DNA of 64,000 nt from a virus, in IMG/VR virus record IMGVR_UViG_3300037104_000911, positions 2,818 to 66,817 of that record; one strand, given 5' to 3'. Numbering within the stretch: the first letter of the stretch is position 1; each line of letters opens with the position of its first letter. Below, piece by piece: positions 47,573-56,742 of the stretch. Under the pieces are notes generated by a model. It did not search any database. It was not told the DNA's origin and saw nothing but the letters and a program-made list of their open reading frames with translations. Position numbers and translations under genes: made by a program.

Positions 47573-48946
47573 CTAAAACCTCAATAATCTATTATTTGTT
47601 AATTCAACAAATTCATCTTTAGCTAAACTTTTATTTACTATATATTGACAATATTCTTCGTCTAATTTCACCAACATATCTAATGACCTTGAAATTGCTG
47701 TAGTTTTTGATTTTTGTTTTTTTGATTGTCTTCCTGAATTTATGTTCTTTGTTATTCCATTTACATCTTCGGTGAAATCAGCTAACTCTCCACTCATATA
47801 TAACTCATATAAATCATCAACTCTAGATCTAAACATTTTTTCAACATAATCAAATAAACTTATCATATATAACATTGAATAAATTTTATAATCATTATAG
47901 AATGTTCCAGTATCTGAATTATAAATATCTTTAGTTGAAGGTATTTCTTTTAAATTATTTTCTCTAGCAAATTCATTAATTCTTTTTTTATAAACTTCAA
48001 CTACAGTTCCTTCTTCATTAAATCTCATATTTAAACAAATACCTCTTAAATCAGTTTTTCTAACTAAATCTCCATCAATCAATGGAATATATCTTCCCAT
48101 CATAAATCCTTTAAATATAGTTGATGAATCGTATGTTATATATAATTCAAGTCCATGTTCTTTTCTAACTACCTTTTTAAATAACTCATAAAATAAAAGA
48201 TCTCTATGAGTAGCTCCACCCAATATATGAAAGTGTAATTCTTTTCTATTAAATTTTAAAGCTTGATTAATAAGAGGAATTAAAGGAAGGACATAAATGA
48301 TACAAGGAATAGTCATATCAGATCCCATATTTGCAACTATCCCGCCTGTTGCATGATATTTAAAATCATTAAACATATCTTCATGATTTAAAATACTTGT
48401 ATAAATATCCCAAAGTTTTGGAGTTCTAAAATGATGAATATATATGATTTTATCCCTTACTTCCTTTGGCATGGTTCTTGCTTTATTATAAGATTCAAAA
48501 TTCATTCTATGAACATCATAAAAATTATCAAAAACTGTGCATCCTGGTCCAGGTGGAACATCTAAAATAAATGCTCTCTGATATGTATCTTTATAATCAA
48601 CAAGAAATTCATAATAAATTTTCATTAAAACTTCTGTTTCTTTTTTATTAAGCATCCCGATTGAAATTTGAAATGCTCCACTGTCAAGGTAGTAACTAGC
48701 ATTTTCAGAAAATCCATAATCTCTACACTCTGTTAAACATTTAGCTTCAGCTGCTGAGTGCCTACTATAATTTTTTTTGTTTTTGAAATTTTGACCATAT
48801 GAATGGAGAAACTTATCACATTTGTCAGTAAATATTTTTGCTATATCATCTTTTGTAAAATTGTTTTCGAATTCAGCTGCTTTCATGAATCTAAAAATTA
48901 TATTAAAAAGAGTTTCAAATCCAGCCAAAGCATATCCACTTGCCAT
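47573..48946 (-). CDS. TGT/DpdA-like guanine transglycosylase
   Basis: YLDSGAFQ, FILDVP, FHILGG, TYDSST motifs of the TGT barrel; queE nearby. Confidence 0.6.
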   Translation of the reverse strand: MASGYALAGFETLFNIIFRFMKAAEFENNFTKDDIAKIFTDKCDKFLHSYGQNFKNKKNYSRHSAAEAKCLTECRDYGFSENASYYLDSGAFQISIGMLNKKETEVLMKIYYEFLVDYKDTYQRAFILDVPPGPGCTVFDNFYDVHRMNFESYNKARTMPKEVRDKIIYIHHFRTPKLWDIYTSILNHEDMFNDFKYHATGGIVANMGSDMTIPCIIYVLPLIPLINQALKFNRKELHFHILGGATHRDLLFYELFKKVVRKEHGLELYITYDSSTIFKGFMMGRYIPLIDGDLVRKTDLRGICLNMRFNEEGTVVEVYKKRINEFARENNLKEIPSTKDIYNSDTGTFYNDYKIYSMLYMISLFDYVEKMFRSRVDDLYELYMSGELADFTEDVNGITKNINSGRQSKKQKSKTTAISRSLDMLVKLDEEYCQYIVNKSLAKDEFVELTNNRLLRF

Positions 48947-49096
48947 TATTCACCATCCTCTTCTATTAATTTCATAAGTTCTTCTAAAGTTATTGAACAT
49001 TTTGCCCATTTAATATCATTTTCTAATCTAGTTATAATTTCTAAATTTTTCCAATGTCCAATTACCTTTACAATTATAACATTCAAATTCCATCAT
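48946..49096 (-). pseudogene. Truncated Zn-finger paralogue joined to an HNH C-terminal remnant
   Basis: MEFECYNCKG.. stops early; a second frame reads IGHWKNLEII..EN..K..KCSITLEEL. Confidence 0.5.
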
Positions 49097-49316
49097 AATA
49101 ACCACCACATAGATGTGAAATTGGAATTCCTACAGCTTTGGACATATCATTCCATATGATTTCCCAGTGATCTTTATTAGGAATAATATTATCAACCCAA
49201 TCCAATTTTCCTTCACCATTACAAGTATAGCATTTTAATTTGTAAGCTCTCATATTTCTATTTAATTTTACACGCCATCCAGTTCCACCACATTCGTAAC
49301 ATTCAAATTCTACCAT
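49083..49316 (-). CDS. Zn-finger family protein with a portal-like C-terminus
   Basis: CYECGGTG..CYTCNGEGKLDWVDNI then MSKAVGIPISHL. Confidence 0.65.
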   Translation of the reverse strand: MVEFECYECGGTGWRVKLNRNMRAYKLKCYTCNGEGKLDWVDNIIPNKDHWEIIWNDMSKAVGIPISHLCGGYYDGI

Positions 49317-49546
49317 TATTTTTTCTCCTCATTATAATAAGAAGAACAATAACTATCGCCACTTGTTGAATAATGCGCAAAACAATAACTTAAACTTTCA
49401 GGATGAATAATATTATCAATCCAATCTATTTTTCCAGTTCCTTTGCAAACCCAACAAATTTCTGTATAAACTTCATTTATTATAAAATTACCTTCTCCAT
49501 TGCACTCATAACAAACATATTCACCTTTATTCTTCAATAATTCCAT
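49316..49546 (-). CDS. Zn-finger DWIDNI family protein
   Basis: CYECNGEG..CWVCKGTGKIDWIDNI; start uncertain. Confidence 0.6.
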   Translation of the reverse strand: MELLKNKGEYVCYECNGEGNFIINEVYTEICWVCKGTGKIDWIDNIIHPESLSYCFAHYSTSGDSYCSSYYNEEKK

Positions 49547-49799
49547 ATATTTCGCCAAGTTTCAAAACTTTAATTATTTTTCCATTAAGAATAATATCTT
49601 GACCACCAAACTTAGCAAAAGCTACAACATCTCCAACTTTAATTGTTTTAGCATCTTCGCCTACACTAATAACTTTTCCATATTTCTGTGGTTCAATTTC
49701 TACATTTTGCGGAAGAACTAATCCACCTTCAGTTGTATTTTCTTTTGGCATAACTACTTCAACAATAACATGATCATTTATTGCATTAATCTTTTTCAT
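49527..49799 (-). CDS. groES: Co-chaperonin GroES
   Basis: DHVIVE..TEGGLVLP..GKVISVG..IKVGDVVAFAKFGG. Confidence 0.92.
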   Translation of the reverse strand: MKKINAINDHVIVEVVMPKENTTEGGLVLPQNVEIEPQKYGKVISVGEDAKTIKVGDVVAFAKFGGQDIILNGKIIKVLKLGEIYGIIEE

Positions 49800-50049
49800 T
49801 TCTTTCTCCTTTGGTTGTTTTTTGCTTAAAATACTCTTTTCTTTTTTCTCTTTCTAATCTTCTTCTTGCTTCATTTTCTTTTTTTCTTCGAGCAATACTA
49901 GGTTTATCAAATTGAGATTTTCTTTTAAGATCTTTTAAGATTCCACTCTTATTAACTTTCTTTTTGAATCTTTTAATCATCGACTCAATGTCTTCACCAT
50001 CTCTTTTTACAATACATATTCCTACTTCATATACTTTATTGTAATACAC
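49786..50049 (-). CDS. rpsU: Ribosomal protein bS21
   Basis: EDIESMIKRFKKKV..GIL..FDKPSIARRKK. Confidence 0.88.
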   Translation of the reverse strand: MYYNKVYEVGICIVKRDGEDIESMIKRFKKKVNKSGILKDLKRKSQFDKPSIARRKKENEARRRLEREKRKEYFKQKTTKGERNEKD

Positions 50050-50050
50050 T

Positions 50051-50278
50051 TTAATTTGTCACCTCCTTTATTTCTTCAAATGTTATACTTTTTATATCAT
50101 TTAATGATATTTTTTCTTCAATTAAACTATTTACAATTTCATAAAATAACACACTCATAATACTTTCTTCAACATCTGCTCCAAGAACAAGAGAACCATG
50201 AATCATATTTTCTTTATCAAATAATGCTCTTAGTTCTTTTGTTTCACCATTTGTTGTTTCTATTAAAACTTTTTTCAT
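50051..50278 (-). CDS. Hypothetical protein
   Basis: AGGAGG SD plus ORF. Confidence 0.6.
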   Translation of the reverse strand: MKKVLIETTNGETKELRALFDKENMIHGSLVLGADVEESIMSVLFYEIVNSLIEEKISLNDIKSITFEEIKEVTN

Positions 50279-50286
50279 TTTTCCTC

Positions 50287-50982
50287 CTAAATAAAATCAT
50301 AGATCACATGATCTCTTGAACTAAAATTTGCTGAATATTTTTCGCACATATCAAAAACAAATGGAGCATTTTTAATTAATTCATCTTTTGACTTTCCCTG
50401 TGGCATTAACCAAATTCTGTTGGTGTTGAACTTCGTTTCTTTTAAAAAATCTAAAAATTGATGTATCTCTGGTCTATTCTCAGTAACAAGTTTGATTATA
50501 ACTTTATCATTATCTTTAATGTTTTCAATTAAATTTTTATAAAAACTAAAATCTTCATCTGTAAATAGTTTTGGAGATAAAACATAGGTTACGTTTTTAT
50601 TTTTATTTATTCCTTCAATCATTTTTTCAAGATTGCACCCATTTGTTTCAATATTGTAAAGATATGATTTAGTTAAATTGACAATATCTATTGTTGATTG
50701 TAAATTAAATCCAAATCCGGGTTCACCACCGCTGATGAGGCAACCAAGATTATTTTCATCAATCATAAGTTGTATATCTTTAATATTATAATTTGCTTCT
50801 TGCATCACCTGCATTTTAACGATTGTGTCACAAAAACTACATGCTGTTAACCCATTTTTTTCTAAATAACCATGAGCTCTATTACATCTTTTAAATCTTA
50901 GAAGAAGCATTTTCTTTCCAGAATCTACGCTCTCTCCTTGCCATGTGTAATTTATCAATTCCAAAAGTCTTACTGTTTTCAT
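50287..50982 (-). CDS. queE: 7-carboxy-7-deazaguanine synthase (radical SAM)
   Basis: TWQGE, RFKRC-x14-CSFCDT, SGGEP, IETNG, LSPK, LMPQ. Confidence 0.85.
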   Translation of the reverse strand: MKTVRLLELINYTWQGESVDSGKKMLLLRFKRCNRAHGYLEKNGLTACSFCDTIVKMQVMQEANYNIKDIQLMIDENNLGCLISGGEPGFGFNLQSTIDIVNLTKSYLYNIETNGCNLEKMIEGINKNKNVTYVLSPKLFTDEDFSFYKNLIENIKDNDKVIIKLVTENRPEIHQFLDFLKETKFNTNRIWLMPQGKSKDELIKNAPFVFDMCEKYSANFSSRDHVIYDFI

Positions 50983-51025
50983 TTAAAATCCTTTCTATTT
51001 ATATTATGTTCTTTGATTCAAATTT

Positions 51026-51289
51026 TTATACTTGTATTAGTTTAATAATATCTTGTTCAACTTGCTCTTTAGTTGGAAATTTTTGAAAAATATTATACCT
51101 TAAAAATTTCCATCCTTCTCCTTCAATTTTTTCTTGTCTATTTTTGTGATATTCTTTATGTTCTTCAGTATCAAAATGATACCAACCATCAAATTCGATA
51201 GCTATTTTATATTCAACTAATGCTACATCAATTGAATAATTAAAAACTTGATACTGTGAGTCAGCAGAATATAAATTAGTTCTAAAATT
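51026..51289 (-). pseudogene. Start-less DUF559 nuclease domain in the +1 frame at the polymerase stop
   Basis: YSIDVAL..IAIEFDGWYH..RQEKIEGEGWKFLRY; upstream in-frame TAA and no start codon. Confidence 0.65.
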
Positions 51290-54200
51290 TTAATAAACTT
51301 GTCTTAGGGATGAGTGGTTCGAGCATAAGATTATATCTATCAATCCAAGCAAATTTGAGCATATCCTTTTCATTAATAAAATAGTAATCAGGAAGCTCTT
51401 CAATATCATCTGGAAGAGTTATAACATCTAATTTTTTTCCACTTGATAAAAATTCTTTATTGTACTTATCAACAACTTCTTTTGGAGCTTTTTCTAAATC
51501 AATTCCTGAAATCTTAAATAAATATCCTCTACTACCAACAGTAAATGTGTTAAACTCAAGAGTGTTCCATGCAATCATCCCACGAACGCCCTGTGGTTGT
51601 ACCTTATAATCAGTCAATTTTTTACCAAATGATACAGGTCTAGATATTTCTTTTTTCCTTTCTTTTATTATTTTAATAAAATCAGACTCAACACCTTTTA
51701 CAAATTTTAATAAAATAGGAAACCTAACAACTTTCGACTTTAAAATCAAATCTATTAATTCTTGTAATTTTATTTTGGACATTGATGGAAAATCGGATCT
51801 TTTTGTTTCTATCCCCATTCCCTTTATTTCATCAACTTTTTGATTTTCATTAAAAATAATATAATTTACATATCTTTTCTTTGCTAAAAATAATCCTCTT
51901 TTTATCACTAATTCGTTTTTTAATTCTAATCTATTATATTTAGGAAAATTTGAATGTCTAGAAACGATTGACCTTACAATTTCTGTATTTAAGTATGTTT
52001 GAATTTCAATACAATATTTTAGAACATCTTTAACTATTTCATCTTCCGGTTTATCTTTATTTAATAAAGAATCAACTACAACGAAAACACTATCAGTATC
52101 TCCTGTAATGATATATTTTGTTTCTGGATTAAATTCTTCTGAATACATATCATGTTTATTTATTATTTCGGGTCTGATTAGTTTTCCTGTTTTTAAATAA
52201 TCAACATATGCATTAGATTCTACAATATTAGTTTTTAATGCTTCTTGACCACTTAACGTAATTGATCTTGCACAATCAATATTATAAAATCTAAAAGCAT
52301 TGTTCCCGAGCACTCCATAGAGTGAGTTGCTGATTATCTTTTCTGTTTCTTGTCTAATTTTGTATAGTTGCTCTTCATTTTTATTTCCAGCTACTTTAGC
52401 ATCAAACATTTTCTTTTTATATTCTTTTCTTGAAGCTAATCTCATCTCTAATATTTGACTATAAAAAGATAATTCCTTTTCATGGTTCTTAAAAAAGCAA
52501 CCATTTATTGTGCAAATTAAATTATCATCTTTAATCCTTTTTAATAACTGTTCTTTTGTAACCATACATTCTTTTTTTGTATTTAATGGGTCAATGATTA
52601 CTTTCATTTCATTAGGTAAATTATCTTTATTATAAGCAAGATCATATCCTAATGTATAATCATCAAATTTCATAACATATGTATTAACTCCAATATTATA
52701 AGTTAAAATTAAACTGGGATATAGAGATGTAAAGTCAAAATCAACAATATAATCATGAACTCCAGTTACTGGGGGTTTTACATATGCTCCTTCAAATTTA
52801 GAATCTTTTCCTTCTATAAAAGCATTCTTTGAAGAAAAACCTTTTTCTTTTAAATATGAAACAATCAATGAATCTAATTGACCCATAGCACCTTTAGCAC
52901 CTGCAAAATTAGTTTTACAAGTTTCTCTTAATTTATTTTGAAGATCAATATGTTTCATTTTATCATTTAACATTGGAAGTAATCTAACATCTTGCATATT
53001 ATATTTAATTGCTTCGGATGGATTATTTCTAAACATTTCTGAGAAATTAAAACTATCTCCATATTTTCCAACCTTTAATTCTAAATTAGCAATAAAATCT
53101 AATTTATAGCTTTCTTTTTGTCCTTGTGCTGCTGTAAACATTTTATATAAATATAATAAATCTGTAACAACTATTCCTGCAATATTTACAGAATGTCTAT
53201 GATAATCAATTTCAACTTCGCTAAATTTACTAATAATTGATACATTAATTCCTAAATTCTTACAACGATTTACAATATATGGAAGGTCAAATTCATCTGC
53301 AAACCATCCAGTAATTATATCGGGATCAATTTTCCTAATAGATAATAAACAAGCATTTATCATTTCTTTTTCATTTTTAAAAACAAGAACTTCTTCATTT
53401 TTAGCTAAATCTATTTTTTCAACAGGAGTTTCAATATTTAAAAATTTTGGATCAACAACATATGTTTTATGACTTCCATCATACCAAAACCCAATCATTG
53501 CAATTTCATTTTTAGCTTCTTCTGCTGTTGAATATTCTCTAGTTTTTGAATATGTTTCAATATCCAAAAATAAAGGATTTAATTTAATATGAGTATCATC
53601 TACTGTTTTTTTTAAATAATAATCCTGACAATGTTTAACCGTAATTTTAATATCACCTTCATATGTAATCTTAGAATCTAATGTTGTTTTTTGTCTGTAT
53701 GGTAACTTAACTTGAGTTAACTTATCATATTCTAAAATTAATGGAGATGAAGATCCTCTTAAAGTTTGATAACAAACATATGTATCATTCTCTTTATGAT
53801 AAATTTTATTATTATCTTTATCTCTAAAAATATATACTACTTCATTTGACTTATTCAAATATTGAACATCAATTAATCTATAGTCAGATGTATAATATTT
53901 ATCAGGAATTTTATAATAAAAAATTCCTTTCTTTCCTGAGTCATTATCCACTGCTTTATTTTCTGAAAATTTAACACCCATCATTTCAGCAGCTTTTCTA
54001 ATATCGTTTTCAAACTTCGGTTCTTCTTCTCTATTTCTATTAATATAACTTGGATGTAGTGTTAATAATATATCAATACCTTTCCATTTAAAAAGACTTC
54101 CTCTGATTGAAGTTATTCCACTCCCATCAAATACACCAAATGCAACTCCAGCGGAACTTCCCATCAAAACAATTAACTTTGGATTACATTTCTCAATAAT

Positions 54201-54530
54201 ATCAAAACAATTAACCTTGCATCTTTTAATTACTTCCTTTGATGGGTTCCCTGTTTTTCCATCTTTTGTTAATGTTTGACATAGTACTACATTTGTTAAA
54301 AGATAGTTTATATTATCTAAATGATATTTTTTAAAATATTTTCTGAATGTTTGACCTGCTCGGCCTATCAGAGGTACTTCTTTTTCCACTTCATCTTGAC
54401 CTGGATTTTCTGCTACGAATACAATGTCAACATTTTGAAAGTCTTTACAGTTTGTTTCGAGAACACAGGAATTTGCAGAAAACAATTCACACGACATACA
54501 GTCTGCTAATGAAGATTTTATACTAAACAA
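51282..54530 (-). CDS. Family B DNA polymerase with an N-terminal family-4 uracil-DNA glycosylase domain
   Basis: UDG: CxxC, AENPG, NVVLC, HPSY; exonuclease DIET, FDLPY, YNMQD; polymerase DFTSLYPS, KIISNSLYG, GDTDS; TTG start after AAAGGA. Confidence 0.93.
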   Translation of the reverse strand: MFSIKSSLADCMSCELFSANSCVLETNCKDFQNVDIVFVAENPGQDEVEKEVPLIGRAGQTFRKYFKKYHLDNINYLLTNVVLCQTLTKDGKTGNPSKEVIKRCKVNCFDIIEKCNPKLIVLMGSSAGVAFGVFDGSGITSIRGSLFKWKGIDILLTLHPSYINRNREEEPKFENDIRKAAEMMGVKFSENKAVDNDSGKKGIFYYKIPDKYYTSDYRLIDVQYLNKSNEVVYIFRDKDNNKIYHKENDTYVCYQTLRGSSSPLILEYDKLTQVKLPYRQKTTLDSKITYEGDIKITVKHCQDYYLKKTVDDTHIKLNPLFLDIETYSKTREYSTAEEAKNEIAMIGFWYDGSHKTYVVDPKFLNIETPVEKIDLAKNEEVLVFKNEKEMINACLLSIRKIDPDIITGWFADEFDLPYIVNRCKNLGINVSIISKFSEVEIDYHRHSVNIAGIVVTDLLYLYKMFTAAQGQKESYKLDFIANLELKVGKYGDSFNFSEMFRNNPSEAIKYNMQDVRLLPMLNDKMKHIDLQNKLRETCKTNFAGAKGAMGQLDSLIVSYLKEKGFSSKNAFIEGKDSKFEGAYVKPPVTGVHDYIVDFDFTSLYPSLILTYNIGVNTYVMKFDDYTLGYDLAYNKDNLPNEMKVIIDPLNTKKECMVTKEQLLKRIKDDNLICTINGCFFKNHEKELSFYSQILEMRLASRKEYKKKMFDAKVAGNKNEEQLYKIRQETEKIISNSLYGVLGNNAFRFYNIDCARSITLSGQEALKTNIVESNAYVDYLKTGKLIRPEIINKHDMYSEEFNPETKYIITGDTDSVFVVVDSLLNKDKPEDEIVKDVLKYCIEIQTYLNTEIVRSIVSRHSNFPKYNRLELKNELVIKRGLFLAKKRYVNYIIFNENQKVDEIKGMGIETKRSDFPSMSKIKLQELIDLILKSKVVRFPILLKFVKGVESDFIKIIKERKKEISRPVSFGKKLTDYKVQPQGVRGMIAWNTLEFNTFTVGSRGYLFKISGIDLEKAPKEVVDKYNKEFLSSGKKLDVITLPDDIEELPDYYFINEKDMLKFAWIDRYNLMLEPLIPKTSLLKF

Positions 54531-54659
54531 ATTTCAATCCTTTCTTTTTTAATATGTTCTTCATGTTAAAATTTTTTACCCAATTCATTTAAAAACACCA
54601 TATTATATATATTAATTATAAACTAATATAATTTTAATAATTTTAAAAGGAGGTAGCTT

Positions 54660-55247
54660 ATGGTAAATGGCGGTCAGGAAATTTTAAGTCAGTTGTTTAA
54701 TCAAACCAATAATTCTAATCTGGTAGGAAAAGAAACAATGGAAACGGACGATCACTTAAAACAAAATCTAACTCAACCTTCTATTTTTTTGAAATCTTCT
54801 AATTGCCCAGCATGTGGAGGAACTGGAGATTGGAAATCTCAAATTTCAAAAACAATAACTAAAATAATTAAATGTAAACGTTGTGTAAATGGATTTATCC
54901 CTGTTCCTTGTAATAATTGTATTGATGGGTGGTCTGAAATAGGACCATGTAGAACCTGTCATGGAACAGGAATCTATGTATATTATCCTACAGATAGATA
55001 TCCTGAAGGTAAGGTATGTAGATTCTGTTTAGGAACAACAAAAATTATCAGAAAAAAAGTCATAACTATTCCAAAAATTCAGTGCTTAAAATGCAAGGGG
55101 ACTGGAATTTTACAACAGTCAAAGTCATTTAATCCTGTTATAAAAGAAAAAGATATTGCACTTATAAAAATGATAGATAAGATGACTTCAGTACTTTTTG
55201 AATCAAAAAATCCAGATGAAAGTATAGAAGAATCTTTAGTTGCTTAA
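54660..55247 (+). CDS. DnaJ-type CxxCxGxG Zn-finger protein
   Basis: Several CxxCxGxG repeats; AGGAGG SD. Confidence 0.75.
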   Translation: MVNGGQEILSQLFNQTNNSNLVGKETMETDDHLKQNLTQPSIFLKSSNCPACGGTGDWKSQISKTITKIIKCKRCVNGFIPVPCNNCIDGWSEIGPCRTCHGTGIYVYYPTDRYPEGKVCRFCLGTTKIIRKKVITIPKIQCLKCKGTGILQQSKSFNPVIKEKDIALIKMIDKMTSVLFESKNPDESIEESLVA

Positions 55248-55276
55248 TCAAAAAATCAGATGACTGAGAACTTTTA

Positions 55277-55807
55277 TTATTTGCTGATCTCAGTCATCTG
55301 ATAATTACCTTGTAAATATTCTTTTATATTTTCTTTTTCTTTTTTTTGTTTTATTTTCTTAATTTTTTTTGGTTTTTCAGTTTTAACTAAATTCAATGCA
55401 TTATAAATTCCATCTTTTTCTTCTGATTTATCAACTATATCTGATAATAATTTTACTTCATAATTCTTTAAGAATGGTATTTTCTTTCTTAATGCATCAT
55501 ATAACTTTTCGTTTCTTACTCTTGATATAAAAGGAATACTATTCTTTTGAACTTTAAAATCCTTAACACAGTTTTTCAGAAATTTAAACAACTCTTCTTT
55601 TTCTAAATAATAAACACCCATATTATTTAAATGCTCATTTAAAAATGAATTTAGTTTTCCATTTAATATAAACATATTTAATACATAAAATATTGTAATT
55701 GGTGAATTATATTTGAGTAATTCTTTTGGTATCTCAATCTTTTGATCGGGATTGAAAAGCCAAGAATTATACAGTTGGTACGGAGATTGTGTTTTTTCGT
55801 CTGTCAT
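55277..55807 (-). CDS. Hypothetical protein (possibly clamp-loader small subunit-like)
   Basis: Helical, basic protein near the polymerase; family match weak. Confidence 0.35.
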   Translation of the reverse strand: MTDEKTQSPYQLYNSWLFNPDQKIEIPKELLKYNSPITIFYVLNMFILNGKLNSFLNEHLNNMGVYYLEKEELFKFLKNCVKDFKVQKNSIPFISRVRNEKLYDALRKKIPFLKNYEVKLLSDIVDKSEEKDGIYNALNLVKTEKPKKIKKIKQKKEKENIKEYLQGNYQMTEISK

Positions 55808-56742
55808 TTCATTTCCTTAATTAAATTTTCATAAAAATTATTTACTAAATCTTGATTTTTTAATTCAACTGGAGGTAATAACTTACTATTCAATACTAAC
55901 TCTATTTTAGTTTTCAATTCATTATAATCAGAATATAAATAATCTCTTTCTAATAATTCAGGAAAAGCACATTTAGTTGGAGCTAATACTACAGTTCCAT
56001 TCATGATTGCTTCCATTATAGAATAATTGAATGTATCTTCTTTACTACTAATTAAAAGAATTTTTCCTTCACTTAGGAATTTATAATATTGTTCCCATGT
56101 ATTACATTCTTGTCTCACTATTTTTCCAAAATCTTTTTCAACCACATCTTCTATTTCTTTAGTAATTTTCTGATTATTTGGTCTACATACAGAAATAATA
56201 TCATATTTCTTCTCTTCTCTATATATTTGAAAAGGTGGAATTGGTAATCCTATAACTTTAACATTATCCCACCCCAATTTATTTTTATGATATTCGCTTC
56301 CTACAAAAACCTTTTTAAATAACTTTGAGTGACTGGTTTCACATTGAAATTTTGAATATCGAACTGGAGAAAAATAATCATATTTATTTTTTGATGTAGC
56401 ATGACAATATCCATATGCTTCCATAGGTCTATGATATAAAACATTTGAAAGAAAACCTGGGAAAGAAATGTCTAAAGATAATAAAACATCTTTATTTTTA
56501 TCTATTTTTAGGTTTAAAAATTCATCTATTTGATTTAATTCAAATATTATTGCTTCATTTATTGGAGAAAACATTTCAACAGATGTATTAAAATTTTTTC
56601 CGGTAATAATTTTTTCACCTAAAACTACTATTTCATCAAAAAAACTATTTAATTGTTTTTTTATTTCATAAACAAACCACTCTGAATATCTAAGTTTAAC
56701 CGGAAGCATAGGAGATATTATCAATTTTCTCATTTTTCTCAA
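55804..56742 (-). CDS. GT-B (GT4-like) glycosyltransferase
   Basis: SKEDTFNYSIMEAIMNGTVVLAP..FPELL. Confidence 0.75.
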   Translation of the reverse strand: MRKMRKLIISPMLPVKLRYSEWFVYEIKKQLNSFFDEIVVLGEKIITGKNFNTSVEMFSPINEAIIFELNQIDEFLNLKIDKNKDVLLSLDISFPGFLSNVLYHRPMEAYGYCHATSKNKYDYFSPVRYSKFQCETSHSKLFKKVFVGSEYHKNKLGWDNVKVIGLPIPPFQIYREEKKYDIISVCRPNNQKITKEIEDVVEKDFGKIVRQECNTWEQYYKFLSEGKILLISSKEDTFNYSIMEAIMNGTVVLAPTKCAFPELLERDYLYSDYNELKTKIELVLNSKLLPPVELKNQDLVNNFYENLIKEMK

